In this document: positions 22,628-33,539 of the stretch, in pieces
Position numbering within the stretch: position 1 is the stretch's first letter
Layout: each line of letters opens with the position of its first letter
DNA from: Octopus sinensis
Taxonomy: Eukaryota
DNA: 40,407 nucleotides
Direction: 5' to 3'
NCBI RefSeq assembly: GCF_006345805.1
Contig: NW_021835394.1
Span: 1-40,407, forward strand
Made by a program: the position numbers and the translations under genes
Notes under the pieces: model-generated
The model's database searches: none
Told to the model about the DNA's origin: nothing
The model's input: the letters and a program-made list of their open reading frames with translations, nothing else

Positions 22628-22933
22628 TATTCTTTTCTACTCTAGTTCAGAAATTTTAGGAGGGTGTGGGGGCAATCGATTAGATCGACCCCAGTACGCA
22701 ACTGGTACTCAATTTATCGATCCCGAAAGGATGAAAGGCAAAATCGGCCTCGGTGGAATTTGAACTCAGAACGTAAAGATAGACGAAATACCTATTTCTT
22801 TACGGCCCACAATGGGCTAAACACAGAAGGTAAAGTCGACCACGGCGGAATTTGAACTCAGAACGTAGCGGTGGACGAAATACCGCTAAGCATTTCTCCC
22901 GGCGTGCTAACGATTCTGCCAACTCGCCACTTT
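22628..22933 (-). mobile_element. Dimeric family B SINE
   Basis: Two copies of ggaatttgaactcagaacgta...gacgaaatacc inside one perfect 13-bp TSD gacaatgctaaaa (22615-22627 and 22934-22946). Confidence 0.92.
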
Positions 22934-23465
22934 GACAATGCTAAAAGATTGCAAAACTTGTATAATGAGCTTAGTTATGGCGTGTATAGACTATCAAAAA
23001 CTTGAAGAAATACTTCATCAATCGTAGACTGTGGACAACTTTGAAATATATGAAAATGCACACGATGTCGTGAACTTATTGAGCCGAAGTCTGAATGGAT
23101 GGGCCACTAAACTCACCTTTGCTTTTTGTTTTGTATGTTATACCGTTGCCAGTGCTTTTGAGAAACGTGGAAGTTGAGTTTGAGTTCAAGGAAAGATAAG
23201 ATCAACCGTCTACCTTCCATGGACGACCTGAAGTTTTATGGAAAAAAACAAATAGCAGATTAATTTACTGATTCATTCAATGCATTGCTTTAGTGCGGAC
23301 ATTAGAATGGAATTTGGATTGAAAAAGTGTCATGTATTGATTTTCAAGAAAGGTGAAGTTCAACAAGTGGATGGTGGAAAGAATACAAGTATTTGGGCAT
23401 ATTGCAAGTAGCCGATCTGATGGGAAACCAAATGAAGCACATATTCTCTCCTGAGTATTTTACTG

Positions 23466-24000
23466 TTCTAGGTGGATGCTCTATTCACTGATCTCTGGAA
23501 GCATGAATATCAAGGCTGACTTTGGCGAGGATTGAACTCAGAATGCAAAAAGCTGGAAAAAAATACTGCAAGGCATTTGTTGTTAAGTCAGAAATCAATT
23601 CTTTTTTTTCCTTTTTTTCGTTACATTTAACATATATGATTGCGAGGTTAAGAAGACTGCTTTACCGTCCTTTTTTTTTTCGAGTTCAATCACACTACGC
23701 CACACCTTGGGCAAGTGTCTTCTCCCATAATCCCGAGCCGGCCAATGCGATGTAAATTTGGTAGCTATAGACTGTGTAGAAGCCCATCGGGTACACACAC
23801 GCGCGCGCGCACACACACACACATTTATGCGTACATATTTTTGTGCCTGTATTTCTTACCACTTCCACTGCTTGACAGCCGGTGTTGGTTTGTTACTCCC
23901 CGTAACACAAGAATTTGATAAAAGTGGTCGATAATATAAGCTACAAATTTTAAGAATACGTAAATACTAATGTCGATCTGCTTAACTAAAATCCTTTCAA
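23466..24000. mobile_element. Degenerate family B fragment (-, ~23466-23580) and degenerate family A SINE (+, ~23640-24000)
   Basis: ggattgaactcagaatg...aaatactgcaaggcattt; cgagttcaatcacactacgccacaccttgggcaagtgtcttct...cttgacagccggtgttgg. Confidence 0.75.
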
Positions 24001-24060
24001 CTCAGATGTACTCTTTCACCACAACATTCTCTCACTCTTTCTTCCTACTACTACCATAAA

Positions 24061-24511
24061 GCAGAGGAACCATGGTGTGGTAAAACTTTCAGACCCTAGT
24101 CTATATTGCGAATCCTCTGTACTCCAGGATGGTTCAGCTCTCCACCCGTTAAAAGCCATCGTTTATGAAATGAGGATAACAACGTAGCTTTTGCGCCCGT
24201 GCAACCACCAGCCTATCACGTGTGGTGGTGGATCTTCAAGTTGCCACACGCATTCTTAGTAGGTTAGAGTAGGCTCGAATTAGAGATTATTCTTTGTGGC
24301 TAATGGCTACTGCTTCTACATCTACAACTGTAACCGTTTAGCTTCTTCTATGTCTGGGATCGTGCTAGTATTTACACATTTGGGACTGTGCTGCTACATC
24401 AACACCCGGAACGGAGATGCTGTACCTAAGTCTTGAACAGTGGTACTTGAGGAGAGGAATCTCTCTGATGTCCGATACTATAACCACACGTAAAACACCT
24501 GGGCCTTCTGT
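24061..24511 (+). mobile_element. Unclassified 451-bp insertion, possibly a SINE
   Basis: Bounded by cta(c/t)taccataaa at 24048-24060 and 24512-24524. A-box-like tggtgtggtaa near the start. Confidence 0.5.
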
Positions 24512-25164
24512 CTATTACCATAAATCTCATTTTGCTTTTATTTGCTGAGAAAACACGGTTGAGAACTATTTATGATCCTATAGCAGTAACATATGAAGAT
24601 CGAGCTGAACCTTCGAATAGTTCTGGGGAATTGAAGATTTTTTTTAGTCACCTCTCCATATTCCTCCACAAGCATTTCTGTGTACAAGAGATTTGTGCGC
24701 AGTCGAGTATATAATGAACTATGAGCTTTGTCATGCATTGCAATACATATGACAGGTGGAGTTGATCATGAGAGGCGCATATTATTGTTGAGAACATCCG
24801 AGTCACTTTTTCCGCGTGTGTATAGTGCCAGAACTAAACTGAAATTCAGCTTCTCTTTGCACGTCAAAATCCGCTCAGATTTCTTTGAGACACTCTTCTA
24901 TTTGTGTCTGCGTCGGTTTGTCCACTTTTCTAGTCCTGCATTTCATCCATATATAAACAATTGAGTGTGTCTGCTTCCAGTGTGGTGGTATTTCCATAAG
25001 AAGCGTGACAGCACAGCCAAATCCGTCTCTCTGTGTGATAAGGGTAACTGTCATACGTATATATTTTAATACATTTAAAGAAAGAAAGATATTAGAGGGA
25101 CTGCTATGTTTAATTTGGAGAATGAAACTTAATATGGTGTGGCATTCATTTATTAATGTCTTAG

Positions 25165-25290
25165 AGTAGAAGACAAAATCATTTTACAAACATAAGATAT
25201 GCAGTTGACCCAGACTTACTTGTAGAATAGGAAAAAAAATTTCAGAGACTTCTGGATGTAGTGGTCAGAGAAAGTGAGAGGAAGGGGCTG
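25165..25290 (+). mobile_element. RTE (BovB-like) LINE RT fragment
   Basis: TNIRYAVDPDLLVE*EKKFQRLLDVVVRESERKGL matches the RTE pattern NNLRYADDTVLIAESEE.LQ.LLD.V..ESEK.GL. Confidence 0.75.
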
Positions 25291-25524
25291 TTGAGAAAAA
25301 CTTAGCTAATATGGAGGACTAGAAGCCATCCGAAAATTGGAAATGAGTTATCTGTATCATGATGAATCTCACCAAATATAAAGATACTGACATCATGACA
25401 GCTACTCCATACTTTAGGAACTCCGTAAAGGCTGTAAGACGTAACTTGGATAGAGGCTACAATGTCGCAACCAGCTGGAAGGGTCAGGCGGGCGTTCTGA
25501 CTACGGCCTCACACCTGGATTCAT

Positions 25525-26071
25525 CCCCATACTTTTGAACAGGGCCTTTGGCTAAATTCAGATACCTGTGTATAGCTACTGAAAAATGGTCAATCACTGG
25601 CTGGTTGGGTTATTGCTGAAAGGCCATATGGGTAACAGCAGGATTCGGTTCCTTGCTATTCCTCCGGAAAGAGTGAGATGAGGTTGTCAGTGAATTTCTA
25701 CGACTTCATTAGCCCCAATTTCTAGCCTTTTAATCCTTCTAATTGTAATCTCATGGATTACGTGTGGGGTGTCTTTTTAAGAAGACACCAACTGCTCTAT
25801 TTGCAACACCAAGGCTGAGCTAGTGGCCAAGATCAAAGAGGTATTCGAAGATCTTGCGAGGGACCCCATGAGATACACATGCGCCCGGTCTTGGAGCCGT
25901 CTAGAGGCCGTGGTAGAATCTGTTGAGCTATTTTTAATAAATTGTTATATCGCAGTCATAATCTAATCGATATTTTTTTTTATTTTTTTAAAATACTTTT
26001 ATTTTTGGATTCGATATTTTGTTTTGTTTTCCATTTTTGCAAACAGTCTCATTTGACTCGAACACCCTGTA
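25525..26071 (+). mobile_element. Tc1/mariner DD37D (maT) transposon, 3' half with right TIR, decayed
   Basis: PHTFEQGLWLNSD..RPYG*QQDSVPCYSSGKSEMRLSVNFYDFISPNF*PFNPSNCNLMDYVWG..NTKAELVAKIKEVFEDL..CARSWSRLEAVV. There are 37 residues between QQD and MD. Ends cgaacaccctg-TA. Confidence 0.9.
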
Positions 26072-26892
26072 CTAGGAAAGGATTGGATGGTCAGAATTGG
26101 AGTGCCTTTGATTAGGAAATAAACATAGGGCCAACGTGGTTGATGAGCCATCTAACAATGACGGCGAAAATTTTCTGTCTGTCTGTCTCCGTCTCTCTGT
26201 CTCTCTCTCTCTCTCTATTGCTCTCTCTCACATCCATAGACACCCATCATAATCAAAGCATTTTCATAAGTTTTTTTAGGAAACATCTATGACTGTTTTC
26301 AGACTTCTAGTTATCCTTTGATTCATAGCCTCTGAATAATATGAAGCTTTCCTTTCGTAAGTCTCAAGTTATTCTGTGGTTTAAAACAAATAGAGAATGT
26401 GTATCATATAAACACATCACCAGGGAAATAAATCCAGTGTAATAATGCCTGTTACATTCAGGACAGGTAAAGAGTTAAATGAGAAGAAAACATACTTTAG
26501 ATTACAAGACAAGATAGACGTGGCTGAAAAATGGCAGCAACAGCAATAAAACAACAAAAATAATACTGTAATATCCTTCCGGTTTCCGAATATAAACAAT
26601 TTTTAAAAGCAGGTTTGAAAACACAATACTTTGCATATTATTGATTTCAGGTGCCAAAAAATATTTTTTAATGGATGAGGAAGTGTAAAACTTCGTATTT
26701 TTCTTTTGTTTGTCGCGTCTGATATTATATTCTTTGTTCTAGTTATTGAACTGTGGCCATATTAGTGCAACATCTTAAGAAAATGTTTTAGTCAATCATA
26801 TGCACACTAGTATTTCTGGCTCATATTTTATTGATTTTTATTAATAGAGTAGCTAGATTACGTATCTGAAATTTTGTTTCCTGTATATCTTG

Positions 26893-27102
26893 GATTAGCA
26901 AATGCGTTAAAATTTCGAAAATGTGTGTTGTGGTATTTATTTGTTCCGTCTTTTTACATTCTGAATTCAAATCCAGACTAGGTCAGCTTTTCCGTCTACC
27001 CTTTCGGAATTGATGAAAATAGCGTATCAATGAAGTACAGGGTTCGAGAGATATCAATTAACTCTTTCCTCAAAATTGCTGGCCTTGTGTATGAATCAGA
27101 AA
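26893..27102 (+). mobile_element. SINE family B, degenerate
   Basis: ttacattctgaattcaaatcc...ccctttcggaattgatgaaaatagcgtatca...aaaattgctggccttgtgt. Confidence 0.78.
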
Positions 27103-27289
27103 ACATGTATTATATATTTTCTGTAAGAGCAAATTAAAAAAAGACAAAAATCAAGACTTATGATGGAAGAATTTAATGGAAATAAAATTAATGAATAATG
27201 AGAAACTGTAATGAGAATGGTAAGCTGATTGATTTATTAGATATTTGCATTTAAAGAGCGATTGGGCTGTCGGTCAGATTGTGTATATC

Positions 27290-27874
27290 ATCACACAAAT
27301 CATCACACACCAAAACCACAACATCACACCACCACGCCACATCACCACACCGCACCAAAACACATACAACCACACCACACCACACACTACCATACCACAC
27401 ACCACCATACCACACCACACCACATTACACCACCCCGCACACACTGGCACTGACCACTTTCCAGTACCCACACCAGCGCACACAATAGCACTGACCACTT
27501 CCCAGCACCCACACTATCATCCACAAACCTACATATGCACACACGCACATGTCAAGGTCACTAGACCCCTTCCACTCGCACATATATGCTCTCACATACA
27601 TACGCACGCGCACCTTCGTTTTTGGATTACCACTACTTTATTATCTCCCCTTCTTCCTAGCTCTCCTGTGTGACCTCTCTGTCCGGTATTCGCCTTGTTA
27701 GATCGCTAGCCACTAAACCTTTTATATATTTTTCTCTCACTGTTTATTTCTGAGTTCCTTTCTGTCGAAGAGTATAGGCTCGAAACATAAAAGACTTTCT
27801 CACTTCCCGAGCATTAAACTAATACATCTATTTGTTGTTTACACACCTGTCTTTGTCTCTTTTTTTGTAAATTG

Positions 27875-27878
<4 letters not shown>
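27290..27878 (+). mobile_element. Penelope-like element 3' region, preceded by (CACAC)n-like low complexity
   Basis: 27689-27878 is the reverse complement of 3240-3427. Core ctgtcgaagagtataggctcgaaac; ends at (TA)n. Confidence 0.68.
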
Positions 27879-27906
<28 letters not shown>

Positions 27907-27989
27907 ACTGAGTAGGCAAACGAAAGAAGAGCACACCAGATTCTGAGGATTAGCATCACGCTAGAAACTCGGTGTACCTCAGCGCCTAG

Positions 27990-28625
27990 GCATAGCTGGA
28001 TCTTATTAATGTTCTGCCTTTCGGCTGTAAAATTATATAAGGAGAGAAATTTGGGCATCTAAAGCCGAACTTGTCTACTTTGCTTTGGATGTAGTAATAG
28101 ATGAATTCTCGAAGAAGGCCTTCCAGCGCATGCGCTTGATGTCACATTCAGCTTTCTCTGTGAGTCGCGTCAAATGCAGTTTCCTTGGTGGTATTCGGGT
28201 GTTCTTCATCGAGTGCGGCAGCAGTTGTCTCTACATTGGAAATTGGTAGTTAGACGTTTGTGGATGGAATTCAACGGTTTCTGGAGGACTTATAGAAGTG
28301 AGTAGAGAAATGAAAGAAAGAAGTACACAATATGTTTAGTGGGAGTTACATATATTATTTAAAACAGTTTCATTCGGCTCTATATCACTTAAAGGTTTGC
28401 AGGCTACTAATAGAAACCTGCCTCGTTCAGGCTCAGATTACTGAATGGAGAAATACAGGAGGTTCAAAATGGCTGTTGGAAAATGGGCTGCTGTTGGTCA
28501 AGGCGGGTCATGTGCTGTTGTTATATGTGAGATGGGCAATTCGACCACAGTAGATGTGTTAAAATGAAGAATTTCTTGGGCCGCGTGGATTGACAAAAGC
28601 TGGTAACTTCTTGGTGTCTGGTGAG
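27990..28625 (-). mobile_element. Penelope-like element: upstream pLTR and decayed ORF N-terminus
   Basis: From ATG at 28236(-): M*RQLLPHSMKNTRIPPRKLHLTRLTEKAECDIKRMRWKAFF../DKFGFRCPNF resembles the PLE N-terminal pattern YSLKNIPIP..LIEKTES.IKRMRWKA.FF..YGF. Upstream, EVTSFC..PKKF resembles a PLE ORF end. Confidence 0.7.
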
Positions 28626-29141
28626 CATTTGAAAGGGCTTGGAGTTCGACAGAAGGAAGGCCGCTGAGTGTGTGTGCGTGCGTGCGTGTGTGTGTGTGTG
28701 TGTGTAGATTCCAAAAGTAGAACCGTAAGAAGATAAAGCTATAACTAATAGTGAATTATGGGTTTATGTCCCATGAGCAGCCGTCGACATTTTTACCTAC
28801 ACCTAGTTTGCTTGGTAGACCTTGAAGTCTCTAACTTCTTACTATGTAAACATTATGTATGTGTGTGTGGTGGGGGTGTGCGTGTATAGAAGTGAAAAAT
28901 TCGCCTACGTGTATCCGCCATCTTGAATGTAATATATGCTTTTTCGTGGTTTTGCGTCACGTTTCTACTGCATTAGTTACTTAATCGCATGTCATGGTTC
29001 ACAACAACACAAAGGCAGCAGTATCATCTCAATGTGCTTAGAAACAATCCATAGTGCAATAAGCTGATGAACGGTACATTTTCGCCTACATACTTTTTGC
29101 TTGATTTGTCCGTTAAGTCATTTTATCTTTATTCCAATATC

Positions 29142-29211
<70 letters not shown>

Positions 29212-29964
29212 GAAATAAAGTATGGTAAACGTCAGATATAGTTTATAACATTTGTTCCCTACGTACGTTTCACCACTGTGATTATTTGCATTCTCTGCAG
29301 TGGATATTCATAGTGCAATTGGAAGCTGATCTAGAACATTTTTTCAAGGGAACACTGTATGACATGTTGTTTACACTAATCCAAAGCTATTCACGCTGCT
29401 CTAACCTCCCCAGCAGCTGTGGTATATCAGGCTGTAAGCGTAGGAAGGATATATGCTTCATTTATTGCATGGATGACATTTGAAGTGTTAATCCAATGAA
29501 ATAATTAGTTCATAAATTTAAAGTCTAGTGCAAATTTTACCGAGCAGAATTTTTTTTTTCTTTTGTCAAATTGCTAAATTATAGTTATATCAAAAGTACT
29601 GAACTAATGCTATCAAGATGTAGGGCTCAAATAAACACCTTTCCGCATATAAGCACCTTTCCGCATACCTCCACTGCTGAGCTAAGTTGCCTCTTCTCCA
29701 TATCAAACTGAAGATCCTCCAGAGTTTTTGGAGCACCCATGGGAAATTCTTCCCTAACTTATAAAGTGCTCCACTCGATGCTACAGATGAACCTGCCATT
29801 CTTGATCCCCATTCTTGATGTTTTTCTAATTGTGTTCATTGCCAACAAATTCCAGAGCTGGAGCTGGTGGGTCGATCGGCAACATGCACTCCTAACATTA
29901 TTTACATTATTTACATTATTCGAACCTGGGTTCTCATTCCTAGGGTATTTTTCGATGTTGTAAT

Positions 29965-29967
<3 letters not shown>

Positions 29968-30059
<92 letters not shown>
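29968..30059. repeat. Pure (AAT)n microsatellite
   Basis: About 30 uninterrupted units. Confidence 0.97.
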
Positions 30060-30061
<2 letters not shown>

Positions 30062-30602
30062 GCCCTGATGCAGTACCAGACAGTAGCTCTCATGGATGCT
30101 GATCTTGACTGATTGGAAGTGTTATCATGTACATTGTTTTGTCTTAGTACAAAAGATGGGCTACAACAAATATTCTGCTGAATACCACAGATTTGCTTGT
30201 CAGTTGTTTGACCTTAACCAGTTGACCATGTCCCTTAGTGACTGTTGATATGTGCATCTCTGATCATGAGCAGAAGTAGTGGGGGAGCATCATAGCCATG
30301 TGTTGAACGGGATTGTTGGGTTTGAATAATTCACCTCTGGAATCATAGGTGTTTCGTTCAACATTTTTAAACAGGGACATTTTGAGCGGGATGGGCTATT
30401 CGACCAGAAGAAAATTCTAACTGGGCCCCACCTGCAAGGCCATGCGCTGTTTATCTTGATATGAGATCACCATGTCGCGCATATATGGTTGTGATGCATG
30501 TGCCTGGTGTACCATTATCAGACGGGTAGTCGTGATGGGTATACTGGGCCTCGTATACTTTACCCCAGTGTCACTTTGATAGCATGGACTGCTTTCTCAC
30601 TC
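30060..30602. mobile_element. Unclassified ~540-bp non-coding element flanked by (AAT)n
   Basis: Sharp-edged, moderate-GC block tgccctgatgcagtacc...tgctttctcactc with AAT repeats on both sides and no meaningful ORF. Confidence 0.6.
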
Positions 30603-31279
30603 AATAATAAAAATAATAGTAATAACAACGAAAAATACCTTAGGAATGAGAACCCAGGTTCGAAATTTCGCCAGGACACCTGAAGAAGGCTGGAGGGTAT
30701 ATCAGTCAAATGTAAATATCCGTCAAATGTAAATAATGTAAATAATGTCCATAATTCCTCATCTCTTAAATATAGAAATGCATTCTTAATCACTTAATAC
30801 CTGGAATCATCAATGAAGGTGTCTCTGAGGTGACGTGACCGCTGTACATCTGCCCCCGTGCCTATTTCGTAAACCAATATGGATTTGCTAGAAGAGCTAC
30901 TCGCTTCTTGGCGCTCTCCTTCTGTGGCCTCTATGCCACAATGACATAAGCCCCTTCTGGATATTACTCCCCTGACTTATTAGGCATCCCTTTGACTCCT
31001 TCCTGACGTTCTTGAATTGCTGCCCCAAATTCCTCAGCTCTTTCCTAAGTCAATCTATTTTACCGGATCTGTTGCTTCTAATAAAGGGAATATTCGGTGT
31101 TACGTTCCCTACGTGGAAAGTGAAGTCAATGAAAAGGTCACAGTATATGTGGCGAAACACTTCAGACGATGGACTCTAAAATAGAATGAAATAGGTGAAG
31201 TGGAGAATGAGTATATAGAGAGTGTGTTTATTTAACAAAAAAAAACAAACAAAAAAAAAACAATGACCATACCGAAATA

Positions 31280-31307
31280 TAATAATAATGATAATAATAA
31301 CAACAAC

Positions 31308-31363
<56 letters not shown>

Positions 31364-31386
31364 TGATGACGATGATGATGATGATG

Positions 31387-31419
<33 letters not shown>

Positions 31420-31433
31420 TATATATATATATA
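31280..31433. repeat. (AAT)n/(GAT)n/(TA)n compound microsatellite
   Basis: Direct inspection. Confidence 0.95.
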
Positions 31434-31555
31434 TCACCGTGATCACCGTGACCGACCAGGCTATCAGATGTTGCTACACATCGCTGGTCACAATGCGCTT
31501 TACATTGTTTTAGCCTTCAAGTGACGCCACCCCGCTGGCTAAGCGAGCAGGCCAA
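31434..31555 (-). mobile_element. Short GC-rich element inside (TA)n, probably a 5'-truncated retroposon 3' end
   Basis: 122 bp with (TA)n on both sides, terminal tandem tcaccgtga x2 and an internal hairpin. Strand is inferred. Confidence 0.55.
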
Positions 31556-31566
31556 TATATATATAT

Positions 31567-31633
<67 letters not shown>

Positions 31634-32275
31634 TATATATATATACATATATATATACATACATACATACACACAGACCCAACACTTGTATGTGTATTTG
31701 GTTAGGTGGGACGATGTTGAAATAACCTGACGCTAATAGCAATGCAACCACCGTTGCTGTTAATAAAATGACACACACTATGAATCAAATATGTGCCTCC
31801 CAAGCAGTCATTCGACCAGCTAGAAATAGTAGTAAAATTTCACTCAAATCACATGAAATACTACTCTGTACCAGGGTGGGTGGGGAACAGTTCGGAGTTC
31901 CCAATAGTTGTCTCGAATGTCATTAATCGTCTGTTGGCTTGATTAGAGGCGACAGAGGGCTTAAATGCCGATATATATTTTTATATATGTCATACGCAGT
32001 GAATCGAACACACGGACACAGGCATTACAATTTCACGATATACTGAGTGGATAAGAAAACATGCATACAAGCACACACATACAAGAAAACATGATTGTAT
32101 CTGTGTAAATATACATCTACATACATTATATATATTTATATATATAATGCTGCCGCCGCTACTACTACTACTACTATACTACTACACACGCACAAAGAGA
32201 GGTGCACGCACCGCATATGTAGTCCCCCGAAGAAATTAAATGATACATGCGTATATTTGAAGCATGTGTATATAT

Positions 32276-32433
32276 GCTGAGTGGATGTGTGGTAGGTAGC
32301 TTGCTTACCAACCACATGGCTCCGGGTTCAGTCCCACTGCGTGGCACTTTGGGCAAGTGTCTTGTACTATGACTTCGAGCCGACCAAAGCCTTGTGAATG
32401 GATTTGGTGGACGGAAACTGAAAGAAGCCCGGC

Positions 32434-32479
<46 letters not shown>

Positions 32480-32640
32480 GTCCCCGTAACGTAACTTAGC
32501 GGTTCGGCAGAAGAAACCAATAGAATAAGTACTAGGCTTACGAAGAATAAGTCTTAGGCTTGATTTGTTCGACTAAAGGCGGTGCTCCAGCATGGCCGCA
32601 GTCAAATGACTGAAAGAAGTAAAAAAATAAAAGAATAAAT
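32276..32640 (+). mobile_element. SINE family A, full-length
   Basis: gagtggatgtgtggtagg...ggttcagtcccactgcgtggcactttgggcaagtgtc...(TG)n...ggcggtgctccagcatggccgcagtcaaatgactgaaagaagtaaaa. Confidence 0.95.
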
Positions 32641-32824
32641 GAATACATTCACACGTGGATGTAAATATAAACTCACATTGGCCTAGTCTTCCTTTTTGGA
32701 TTTTTTTCCTATCTACGTGCAGGTACGTAACAACGGGTGCGTGCGCTTGTATATGCGTTTTTACACATGTCTCTGTGCCTCTGTGTGTTAATTTATGTAT
32801 ATATGTGTATGCGTGTTGGTGTGT

Positions 32825-32932
32825 ACCTAGCTACCTAGCTACCTACCTACTTACTTACCTACCTACCTACCTACCTACCTACATACATACCTACCTACCT
32901 ACCTACCTACCTACCCACCTGTTTACCTACCT
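32825..32932. repeat. (CTAC)n microsatellite
   Basis: Direct inspection. Confidence 0.93.
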
Positions 32933-33539
32933 GTAACATTAATAACACTTCGATATCACTACTTCAACATTATCGCATTACATTATGGACACCGTTAACA
33001 TACCACCTGTACCCTCTACATCATTACAATACAATTGCTATATTGAAACAACTTGAAACAACTAATACTAATGCCATACTCATATTCCAGCAGTAACATT
33101 AATAGCATTGGTCTACCATTGCAATACAACTTCTACTGATAGACTATTACTATGCCTCTTATACTACTGACTCTAATAACATAACCTTCACCTCTAACAC
33201 CACCCTACGTCTTATCTCACATCTATGCACTGTAAAGTAGCACTAGTGCAGCTATCACCATTACACAACATACGCACTTTCCATGCAAACTAAGGACATA
33301 GCAATCTCGCCACTCTCACACTGCTGACACTTATCCTGTACCAAATACATATTTCAACACCAGTGACATAATACTTATTTTGTACTACAAGTATCACCCC
33401 TACATCATTAGCATATGTTCTACACCTCTAATAAATCATGATTAAGATTGTTGTTACGAATGATTCCAGAAGTCGCACTTGATCCTCCTTACATTTCAAA
33501 CAATATATTTACAACTTTTATCGTGACCATTAACAATGT

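Larger units (their letters stand above)
22081..23465 (+). mobile_element. Decayed Dong/R4-clade LINE reverse transcriptase, interrupted by a mariner MITE and a SINE
   Basis: After removing the inserts: MSN*KVVSL|NRLKGYWVKKFRGCH..AVDNIRPIYCPPIMWNL..VDKTMLK|DCKTCIMSLVMACIDYQK..LLFVLYVIPL..INRLPSMDDLKFYG..FSADIRMEFGLKKC..YKYLGILQ. This matches the R4/Dong motifs NWKAPGPD, RPISCLP, AWIDYKKAYD, HLLFMDDLKLF, DIGMEFGL.KC, YKYLG. Confidence 0.88.
29896..30777. mobile_element. Inverted pair of Penelope-like pLTR fragments around an (AAT)n centre
   Basis: 29896-29960 is the reverse complement of 30623-30665 plus 30725-30748. The right copy has CTGAAGA-a-ggctg..cagtc-aaa. Imperfect TSD atgca(c/t)tc(c/t)taa at 29884-29895 and 30778-30789. 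Confidence 0.72.
29655..31078 (-). mobile_element. Decayed Hero-like (R2-group) LINE ORF, split by a nested insertion at 29896-30777
   Basis: Minus strand: KID*LRKELRNLGQQFK..WHR..KESAKKRVALLANPYWFTK..HLRDTF | ECMLPIDPPAPALEF..AGSSVASSGALYKLGKNFPWVLQKLWRIFSLIWRRGNLAQQWRYAE. This matches Hero-type RARKRAAF..NPFGFTK / SAPGPSG.PYKVYK.CP.LL..LW....IWRRG....QWR.AEG. Confidence 0.8.

Noticed and set aside
27245-27673. His/Thr/Pro-rich 142-aa ORF as a mucin-like or metal-binding protein
   Set aside because: It derives from (CACAC)n-like low complexity, is open in several frames and adjoins a PLE end.
30066-30075. CTGATGC as a hammerhead core
   Set aside because: It lacks the conserved final A and has no stem II-GAAA partner nearby.
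29867-30112. Poly-Ile/poly-Asn ORFs (also 31288-31524, 35534-35848, 281-508)
   Set aside because: They are (AAT)n microsatellite translations.
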